A DNA stretch of 64,000 bases from Chrysomallon squamiferum. Its lineage: Eukaryota; Animalia; Mollusca. This document shows positions 53,578 to 64,000 of the stretch, piece after piece. The notes beneath the pieces are model-generated. The model made no database searches. It was not told where the DNA came from and saw only the letters and a program-made list of their open reading frames with translations. Both the position numbers and the translations under genes were made by a program. Where the stretch lies: positions 19,034,001-19,098,000 of the forward strand of contig CM022667.1 in NCBI GenBank assembly GCA_012295275.1, given 5' to 3'. Position 1 is the first letter of the stretch. Every line of letters begins with the position of its first letter.

Positions 53578-54470
53578 GAAAAGCTTTAAAAACACGGTTA
53601 AACAGAGATAAAAAAAATTACTGAAAAACTAAAACATGTTTTGAAACTTGGCAACGTTTGTTTCAAGTCTCGGCACTTGCCAAGTGAGATACACAAGTTC
53701 AGCCTGTTTGAGAAAAATGTTTGTTTTGTGTACGTACATGAAGAATATTTTACCTTGCCTCTCTAGATCAGGTTATTTGTATTACACCTGACATCCATCA
53801 AACAGTCTGCAATCCAGATGTCCATGCTACATCTTACTTTATATGTAAGTATTAGTCATTACCTGTACTTCGCTTGTTAATTTAAAAACATGTGGTGTTT
53901 TTTTATTTTTATATTTTTTAAAATTATTTTGGTTTAATTTATATAGTTTAATAAAATAAACAAATAAACAAAACAAATAAATAAATTAAAAATTAAAAAT
54001 TAAAAATATTTTTTTGTTAGTTATTTAAGCAGTGGTTCTTAAAGGGTGTATCCAGAGATATGCTTAGGTGTGTCCCACGAAATTCTAGGATCTAGGGAGA
54101 TATTTGTGATGATAAAAAATTGATTTATAGTAATATTATATCCACACTTCAGTATTAAAATGTTCTTAGCATTTTGTGCGTAGTGTGTCTGCAAGTTTTC
54201 GTAAGGCTTCAAGTGTGCCCTGACTTCAAAAAGTTTGAGAACCACTGTCTATAGATTAGCCTCGATATATTCTTAAAATATAAACTTTCTTATAGGAATA
54301 GGAAAACAAACCACAAATAATAAACTTTATCATCTGGTTACTGGCTGGAATGGGAAAAACTGAATATTTAATTTTAATATATAATTTTCTTTTAGAACTT
54401 TAGGTTGCTTTTTAATCAAGAAATACCATGTTTTTATAATCTTTTTATATATATTTTAAATAAAAATAAA

Positions 54471-54522
<52 letters not shown>

Positions 54523-55237
54523 TTAATCATAGTAATATAATAAATAAATAAATACATAAATAAAGTGAAAAAAAGAGAAAGAAATACTTGTTATTTATCT
54601 TTTGACGGGAGATGACAGGTATATGTGTTTACAGAGACTAACTCAATGCATACACCACGCTAAGTTACAATCTCCAAACAGTGTGAAGTGTAAAAGGAAC
54701 AGTCAGTGTGTGGAAGTGACCTTTCTAGCTAGTTAAAAGTTTCACACATAGATGAAGATTTTCAAGATGGTTCGACATTTCAGCATTTTTGTGAAGAAAA
54801 GAAACAATGATTTATAAGAGATATTTTTACCCCCTTTTTTTTCCTTTCTTTTTTATTTTTTCTTACTTTTTTTATTTTTTTTTATTATTATTACTATATA
54901 TATTTTTTCAAGTCAAGAAAAAAAATATATATATATTTAAAAAATACTTAAAGCTTTGGGACCATTAATTCAGATGCAGCTTTAATTAACACACTTGTGG
55001 TATTCATTTCTGGTATTTAAACTTGAAAACAAATTTACACAACACTAGGAAAGGTAAGCATAATATAAATAACAGAGCAAATGCAGTGTAAACAGAAATA
55101 TAAAGATGAGTCACAATTTATTTTTCTTAAAGAATTAAGTATGAGTCAGTGTTAAATTCTAATTTCACACGCATACGTGCTTGCACACACACACACACAC
55201 ACGTCAATTATATTTAAAATATAAAATAAAATAAAAA

Positions 55238-55271
<34 letters not shown>

Positions 55272-55535
55272 GTAATATAGTAATAAAAATAGTGTAAGAA
55301 TAATAATATAATAATGATGATGATGATGGTGATGACAATTACTTACAACAGTAATGGGTATACTGATGGCTAAAGATTAACCGATTACATCAGTTTAATT
55401 ACAGGTATTAATTACAAGCAAGGATAAATCAGGTATGTAGCAGTCCATTAACTGTCAGTATACTTACTAAATAGTCTTCCTCACAGTACACCTTTCCATG
55501 GACATTGTAGAAAGCTTTGCCACGCAAGGTCCTCC
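43622..55535 (-). CDS. WTIP: WTIP/Ajuba/LIMD1-family triple-LIM protein, 5'-partial. Exons 55535-55468, 51854-51792, 50925-50795, 50482-50431, 50233-50165, 44047-43622; upstream exons not found in the window
   Basis: [23 protein letters not shown]|[21 protein letters not shown]|[44 protein letters not shown]|[17 protein letters not shown]|[23 protein letters not shown]|[37 protein letters not shown]. This is the Ajuba-family LIM1-3 sequence; all introns GT-AG and in phase. Confidence 0.93.
49525..49590 (-). mobile_element. Probable 3' tail of a SINE/LINE with (GAAT)n end
   Basis: gaatgaatgaatgaatgtttaacaacaccccagcacaaaaaatatagcagctattggg; a weaker relative lies at ~61140-61215. Confidence 0.45.
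50948..51148. repeat. Degenerate ~24-bp minisatellite next to the WTIP 50926 acceptor
   Basis: Repeated ataacagtta(a/c)atatttt(t)atc(a/t). Confidence 0.8.
52914..53002. repeat. (AG)n microsatellite
   Basis: Pure run. Confidence 0.95.
54030..54247 (+). mobile_element. 218-bp hAT-type MITE in a WTIP intron
   Basis: Terminal inverted repeats CAGTGGTTCTTAAA (54030) and TTTGAGAACCACTG (ending 54247), typical of hAT-Charlie elements. Both arms are homologous to the element at 8173-9027. No clean 8-bp TSD. Confidence 0.8.
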
Positions 55536-57087
55536 CTAAAATAAAATAAACAGATCAGTTACTATCATAAAACATAGTGCCAAGTTACTATAATTGAAGT
55601 ATACAAGTATATTCTCTTCCTCTCTCCTTCTATCAGTCTGTACATACAACCACTAATCTACACACTTATAAACAGAGGCTTAGGCCTATGGTATTACATA
55701 TACACACATTCATTTACTTAAATATACACCAGTCTATAAGCCTGTTAATACCACATACTCAGCCCTATACAGAGCTTTATTATATACATAAACACAAAAC
55801 ATGCATCTTGTGTATATGAACTGCAATATAAATGTATGGAAAAAAACCCTATATTTTCACTTAACAATCAATCTTGTTTTGTGTCATATATTCAATGTAA
55901 TCACATCTGCATTAACAAAAAGATAAAAAAAAAAAAAAAATAAGTATTTAAATCTGTAAAGCCATTATAGCTCAGAAAACAAAAATAGATTACAGACGGA
56001 ACCGTATGTTGTTTCATACTTTATTAACTGCCACAAAAATACATCAGTAATTCTTGTGTGTGAATTCTGATTTATGGTTTTCTTGGGAGCTGTTTTGCTG
56101 TTGTTGTTGTTTTGCTGTTGTTTTGTTTTTGTTTTATTTATTATTTTATGCTGTTCTGGGTACAGTTTGAATTTTTTTTTTTTTTTTTTTTTAAATCCAG
56201 TTATATAATTAAATCCAAAGTAATAACTCTGGGTTATTATTCTTGTGGGTGGGGTATTTAAGAGATATATTTATTTATATATAAAGCCATACAAAAACAT
56301 TTTGTTTGTTTGTTTTGAAATGGTACAAATACACAGAAGATATATTACTTACAAATAAACATTAAGAGAGAGAGAGAGAGAGACAGGGAAACAGAGATAA
56401 AAAAATATGCAGATGATGAGAATAAATGTAAATGAGACAGACAGAAATACATGAGAAAGAAAGAAAGAAAGAAAGATGAAAAAAAAAGATATATATGTAT
56501 ATAAAGCCTTATAGTGTATTTTATTATGTGCAGTCACACTATATAAAATCTAACAAGCTTTGTTAAAGAGATTCAATCAACAACGGAAAATTTTCAACAA
56601 GGATAAAAACATTCTATACAACTAATGCTATCACCATGGCAACAGAGGAATGTACAAATACATGCATTGATAAGACACCTGCTTGGAGTGACACTGTAGA
56701 TACAAAGATTGAACTAACAATACAGAAATGTTACACCAACCTGCAAAAACCCCTCACACACTATCTTTAACACATAACTTATTTAAACAGACTCTTTCTT
56801 CTGAATAACAGTGTCATAAAACAAACAAATTTGAAGTGATGCTCAACAGTAAAGCAAAAAACATAGATGTTAAATTATTTTAAAAGTTTGTTTGACAACT
56901 GTTAACCATCTTTTAAGGTCATTAAACTTTTATGTTTAATCATGTTATGCTTTAAAAGTTTATGCAAATTAATAAAATCTAATTCTAATTTTCTCTCTCT
57001 CTCTCTCTCTCTCTCTACATATATATATATAGAAACAGAAATAATAGCAATAAAAAAATACAATAATTGTTTGGTTTGTACAGAAAT

Positions 57088-57125
<38 letters not shown>

Positions 57126-57689
57126 TGTTATTTCTGTTTATCCAGTATATACTACAAACCAAACAATTATCATATGTTGTTTTTTATCTACTTGTTGATC
57201 TGCACATAATTCAGTTAATGGTCCATGACACACCATTCACCTAACTGTGAGACAAATATTTAGCATACAAAGGTACTTAACACCCCATGAGATCAATTCA
57301 TATCTCCACACATCCTTTCAGTCCTCAGCAATACCCCAAAAACCTATCACTGGATAAATCTGATATCAAATTAATGGACAGGTATAAAAGGTTGAGGAAT
57401 GCAGGCAGAGTGACAGACAGACGTACATCAAGATGTGATAGCGAGGCTGTCAGAGTGTCAAGTACTGTCAAGAATGAAACAATAACCGGCTGACAGGTTT
57501 ATCTCCCCTCACAGAGCTCTTACAGCCCAATCACAGATAGAAATATAATTATTATCTGTGAGAGATAAATGGGTGACTGACTGTGCTCGTGAAACATGGA
57601 CTTGATTTGACTTGTTAGAAGGATGCAGTTTTTATCTTGAACAGCAGGAAGAAAATTGTAAAATAATGATTAAACATAAACATATATAA

Positions 57690-57732
<43 letters not shown>

Positions 57733-58145
57733 AAATAATAATAAAATATTGTTGTTGTTTTTTAATATTAATATTAGCAAACAGTCCACATAATTTATAT
57801 AGTTTCTATTATTATTCTTGTTTTTTATTTTATTATTATTATTATTTTTTTTTTTTTTACTGTTTGCTTGTAATAACTATTGTTTTGTAATTAAATATTT
57901 TCTCAAAACTATGAAATAATAATGGCATTGACAGAGGCATCAGTTATACTTAGAAACCTTAGTGTTAGTCAGGTAACACAAACAAATATAAAAATAGATA
58001 ACAAAAATTCATTTGAAAGTGTTTTTTCTTTTAGCTATAATATTATTAAAAAAATAAAATAAAAATAATAAAATAATAAAATTCTCCCCATGAATAATAC
58101 ACATTTCAGTGGTTGACACAAAGACAGGTACTCTACGCCACTGCT

Positions 58146-58159
58146 GTTGCCATGGTAAC
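58146..58159. promoter_or_regulatory. RFX X-box consensus site in a WTIP intron
   Basis: GTTGCCATGGTAAC fits GTNRCC-N-RGYAAC; part of a 25-bp segment duplicated at 56634-56658. Confidence 0.45.
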
Positions 58160-59032
58160 AGAGGAATGTACAAACACACCTGTGTGAAGTGATATTCAAG
58201 GTGTATATAGCTGTTGTGGAGAGTTAAGTAGCTATATTCATTTCACTGTGAATCAACACTTGAAAAACCAACAGTATTTTAGTTACTGTGTTAATTATAT
58301 TAATCAAGATTCAATAGACAGTGGAATAATTTATATAATGTTAACTTATAAATCTATATATAAATAAATAGATAAATGAAATTAAATATTTTCTTTTGTC
58401 AAAAGATTCTGAAGATTAATGTTCATTTTATAACAACCTGTTCTTTAAACATTTTTAAATACCAGTTTAATAATAATAAAAATAGAAATTTTAAATGACA
58501 AAACAAATATTTTAAAATAGATATTTAAAGAAAACTTTATATATTATTTTATTGCATTTTCCCCTATCTACACTTACAAAGACAGTAACAATTGCATCAT
58601 AAAATTTAATATTCACAAAAGTAATCTATATAAAGTTATTAGACATCCATTCAGAATCAGCCAATCAGTGAATATCACACAGCCAACATCAACCAATCAA
58701 ATATGATAATTTTCAATAGACATTAATGGGGTTTCTTGGCTAAAGAGGTACATCTTGTATTCTCCCATAGACCTTGATCCTCAATCCACCTAAGGAATGT
58801 AGTCAACAAAAAACTCAACTTCATTGATAGCAGAAGAGATAAAGAAAAATGGACTGCTGGTAATCCACAGATAAAAGCAGATTAAAATACTGCAAACAAC
58901 AGATAACATTCTTTATGTATGAACAAAGAACTTGCTCACATAGAGACACATCCACACACATCTAGACAGATGTATAGCTAGATACACACATACACATGTA
59001 TGTAAGTAGGTAGTTATGTACGTATCTGTGTA

Positions 59033-59070
<38 letters not shown>

Positions 59071-60507
59071 AAACTTCATTTGTAACACTCACACAAACAC
59101 ACCAGACAGATATATATAGCTAGACAGAGTGACAGACAGACACACACACACACACACACACACACACAAGTAGGTAGTTATGTCAGCATTTCAATCTTTC
59201 ACTTCTAATCCATGATTCCCACATCATATTCAGATTTGTATTTATTACATTATTTTAATGTTTCATCGTTTTGCTGAATCCACTTATAAATATTTTCTTT
59301 TTGTCGTTAAATATTCATTTATTTCAACATTTATAACTTTTTAATGTTCACGAAATGTAAAATTTATTAAAGGACATAAAGAATAAATAATAACAAAAAA
59401 TTAAAAAACTGTAACATTTAAATTTGAAATAATCTATTCAGATACGTAAGTCTTGAAAAAAATATGAAATGCGAAAATAATTTCAGGTAGAACATCCTGT
59501 GGAGAGCATTTGTGTGCATAAGTATGTGTAGATTATATGCTGTGTGCGTGCGTGTGTGTGTGTGCATGTGTGTGTGTCTGTGTGCATGCACATTTTGTAG
59601 TCTTTGTGTTTGCATTATTTATGTATCCGGTTTCTGCTTTTCATGAAAGGTCACTTAAAACTTACTGCTGCATTCCTAAAAGCTGCGTTAATAATTTAAA
59701 ACTCTACTCTTCAACCTATTGATTTTCACTGTTAAAAAGTTGATGAATGGTGAGGAATTTCAAGTATTTAGCTTATTGTCAGAGGAAGTTAATATACCAG
59801 AGTTCTGTGTTTTGTAAAGACACCGTTTAGTTTGTTATAAACATCATCTACCGTATTCAAGTAGAATTCAGGACAAGAGTGTTTTACGTTTTTATTAGAA
59901 TTCATTGGACCTGTCTTTGTGAATCATCGAAAATGTTAGTTTTGTTATTATCATAATGACTCATGAAATTAACTTGATATATGTACGGTCTTTTTACCCA
60001 GTAGCCAAAAAGAACTTTCTTGATTAAAAATACCATTACCATACAACATGTTAAAAACCTGATGCCATAAAACCCTCTGGATAACAAATAACCTTCTTGA
60101 TAACACTTCCATTCCAACTTGGTACAACATTCTCAGTAAAAATACCAATCTGATAATCAAAGACTCAAGTAACCAATAAAATGCCTCAGTAACACATACA
60201 AAAAAATGAAAAATACTATAACCTACTAATATCTGGATGAAAAAAAAAAAAAAAAAAAAAAAAAAAGAATAATAATTAATAGTCCTGTTAAAGTTAACTT
60301 TCCTGGACAACATCAACAAAAATATTCATATTCATACCATCCAATAAAATGCTAAAATGACCATGACTCACTGCAGAAATGTTCTTAATATAAAATATCA
60401 GACTTGTATCAGACAAAACCTTCTTAATAAAAGCACTGTTCCCATGCAACCTGATTTTGTTGTTGTTGTTTTTGTTTTTTTTGTGTTGTTGTTGTTGTTG
60501 TTTTCCA

Positions 60508-60557
<50 letters not shown>

Positions 60558-61934
60558 TTTAATGGTTTTTGGCAATCCTTTATTTGTAAGCCCACTAAAT
60601 ACATCTGTCTGGCTTTCTTTGAGTGGTATGGTATGGTAGGCTTTCTCTGAGCAATAAAATAATATATACAACATAAATGTGTTGTGCATGTAACTTATCT
60701 TCATTTAAAAAAGATTTTACCAAAAATTTCAAAAATAAAATTTGTTAAAGTGTTTTTGTTAAAACCACCATTGTCCCCCAACACACTGACTGTTAAAACC
60801 TTCCATAACAAATTATAATTGAAATTTGCAGTAGTATTTTATGCGAGAAGCAATAAAACACTGCTTACTTTGATACCCCCAGTTAAATTCTAAGCAAATT
60901 AAGTGAAATGATAGCCATGTGGTGACAAGCCTGTAAATAATTAAAGAGTTTATCTGAACTGTCACTCTTCAAACAACCTCTAAGTAACATGCTAGATTTA
61001 TGTATGAAAATTCTCAACAAACAGCATCCACTGATAAAACAACAAACAGTAACCAAGGGCAACAGTTTGAGAACATTAAATAATGGGTCTGTATCATGAT
61101 GTGTTATCATGCCAAACAACACTCTTGTATTATCTAACAATGGATGAATAAGTGTTTGATGAAACCCAAATCATACTTTTTTTATTTATTTTTTTATTAA
61201 ACTGAGTGTCTATAATGATGGTATAAATATGGAAACCCATTTTCACCATATTACAATACTAAAAATAAAAATGATATTCTAAAATGATATTTTCGCACAA
61301 CCATGAAAGTTCATACTGTGACCAATCTATGCCAGATATATTTGGAATGGGAAATGGATACTCCACCAGTGAGATTATACCTATTAAAAGTGACAATGTT
61401 GGTGAAAAAAAGAAGATAAAATAAGAAATATAAAAAGACAATTTGGATTTCATTCTAAGCTATTTTTTTCTTCTAGCCATTACAGCCCTACAGTTATATG
61501 CTATTGAGAAAAGTGGTAATACAGTTTTTTCTTTTTTAATATAATCATGAAAATGAATGCAGATATCTCTTCTTTCTTCCAGTTTTTTTAGTCAGTGGCA
61601 AAGTAAATGAGAATATATAGAGAGAAAAAAAATAATAATAATATGGAGAATTAAAAATTAAATTCATATTTATAACTGACATCATTAAATTCTGTCTTTC
61701 TTTTGTATTATTTTTCTTTCTAATAACGTAAAAAAATATATTTACAGATCGTTCACTCTTTTAGTTATCTTTGCTCAGTTATAAAATAAGCAAAAATGTT
61801 AACGTATAAATATTTGAGTATGTCTGTCTCAAAGGCACATAAATATTTAAACAGTATAAAATCTTTTTTGTAGAAAAAATTCAAGATCATTAATTTCACT
61901 ATTTTAACCAACAGCACAGAAAAAAAAAAAAAAA

Positions 61935-61968
<34 letters not shown>

Positions 61969-64000
61969 CCAATAATAATGCATGAGAAAAAGTGTAAAAA
62001 TAATTACTACTAATAAAACCAATCACAATTAAAAAAAATGTTAAGCCTAGATGGTTCACAGATAATCAAAATATAGCCTGAAATCTTATCTGTGATCACC
62101 CTTCAGAAAAATAAATAAAATAAAAATGAAATAATATAAGGAAAACATATTTCAGTTTAGGAAGTTATATCTGCACAATTTAATTTTTAAATTTAACAGA
62201 AAAATACACGCAAATATAAAAAATAAAAAAATAAAAAGATTTTGAAGACGTTTACTAAAACAGAAATATGGAAGTTCAAAATAGCTGTTAGCCGTCGTTT
62301 CATGGCTGTGTACAGTATTGGAAAACAAGTGAAAATAGCTGGTATTCCACTGTGTTAGCTGGCAAAAGTCACAGTTCAGTTATAGTTACAAAAAGAAAAA
62401 TTTTCTTTTGCATTAGTTTTGCCTCTTTGTCACAACAAGACATATAACAACAACAACAAGCAAATTTATTTTTAAAATTAACATCACAAAGAAAAATCTG
62501 CATGAACCAATCGTGAACATTATTTCAGTCTTATCTCGCTAGATTTTTTCAGTTGAAAACACACATTTTCAAGCTTTAATAGTTTTTGTTTGTTTAGTTT
62601 TTCTTTTTCTTTCTTTTCTTTGCCTCTCTCCACTAACCGGCCTGAGATTTACTTCCCTGCTACTTATTGTTACCCATTATCTTGACAAGGCCATTACTGA
62701 AGCTTAACAAAGGTCAAAGGTTATCTTTCCTATCACATAAAAGACAGTGCTATGGAAACAGGTGTCTTGTGGCAATATTCTTTTTCAACCTGTTTGTGTG
62801 AGAAAACATAAAAAAAAAAAAAAATATCTAATCAAGGATTATGAATTTAGCTTAAGAAACTCCCATGCAGTTTGGTGTAGGTGTGACTGCTTACTGATTT
62901 TTATCATTTATTTTATTTCATTAGTCAGCCAAGTTTCAAAAACATGCCTAAGTCAGAAGAGAGGAAAAGGCTGTTGTACAGATTACTGATTGGTCTGATG
63001 GTTTAGTTATGTGTAGAAATCCTTCACATAAGTCATTTTCTACATCAGACACTACCATCATCATTATTACTTTGAATGAAAACATTTAAACAACAAAAAA
63101 ACCTCAACAATAAACAAATTTAAATTTTCTTGTCTGTCAAGAATATTTTTTATATTTTAATGAAATAAATAAGTAAATAAGTGAATAAACAAATAAATAA
63201 ATAACTATTAATAAATTTTTTTTTTAAAAAGAAAGATTTTTTCTCACATAACATAGGAACAATATAATGTTATCTCTTGAAACAAAACAAATACAAGAAA
63301 CTCAAAATGCACTTGCATATTCATAAATAAGTAAACACTAGAACGATTATCTTTATCAACCAACACAACAACTTTCTTTGTTCTTGCAAACACCAAGTGA
63401 TTCTAACTGTCTTCATACTTAAGCAAATGTGATAAAAAAATTGTTTAAATCTTTATGATTACAATGGATACTGTTTGTTTTCTCTGCATAAACAAATTTT
63501 ATATAATGATGTAAACTTCTGTTACACACAAGAAATTTAGGTTAGAATAATGTGGGGGAATTGCAGTGTATGAAATGAAAATATATCTGTGTTGTTATTT
63601 AGTATCAGCATTCAAATATCTTTTGAATATTTCCAATTTTAATGGTTGCCAATTTTATTGGTCCATAAAATGGAGACCAATAGTTTTACTTTTATGTAAT
63701 TCTATTTATACACATTAATAGATATACTTAACTACCAAAATACTTAGCTACCTTCCTTCTTTCATACCTGCTTACCTATCTACATAAATTGTTTTAAAGA
63801 AAAAGAGTGAATGTCATTGCAAAGAATCCATGTTCTCAGTTTATACAGAATTTTGTATGTATTTATGAAGGTATTTTTTCCAACTATTGCCATATTTTAT
63901 TAACAGCAAAGACTGGTTCCAGTTTAAATTAAGTAAGGTAACACCAACAATCTACTGTAATAAGAAAATGATTTTACAATGAATTTCTTTAATCTCAACA

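Noticed and set aside
59367-59920. Possible TTAA-flanked MITE
   Set aside because: Termini do not form convincing inverted repeats and no matching TSD is visible.
55536-64000. Upstream WTIP exons or another gene
   Set aside because: I found no LIM1 N-half exon or other coding signature; the region appears intronic.

Overview
AT-rich, microsatellite-dense eukaryotic (animal) genomic DNA; the repeat fragments resemble gastropod-mollusc families (inference). I assembled five spliced protein-coding genes by hand from splice sites and reading-frame phase: PFDN4 (+, 5'-partial, with an AT-AC U12-type intron), a SPMIP7/SPATA48(C7orf72)-like gene (-), NECAB (-, 12 coding exons, with an apparent frameshift in exon 6 and a ten-fold tandem duplication of the exon-11 splice donor), MORN1 (+, head-to-head with NECAB) and a WTIP/Ajuba-family LIM gene (-, 5'-partial). 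Introns hold a decayed hAT element and a related 218-bp MITE, SINE remnants and minisatellites, several of which abut splice sites. Most ORF-track entries are microsatellite artefacts. I see no prokaryote-type system, CRISPR array or RNA gene. Gene names rest on remembered protein motifs, not on database searches.
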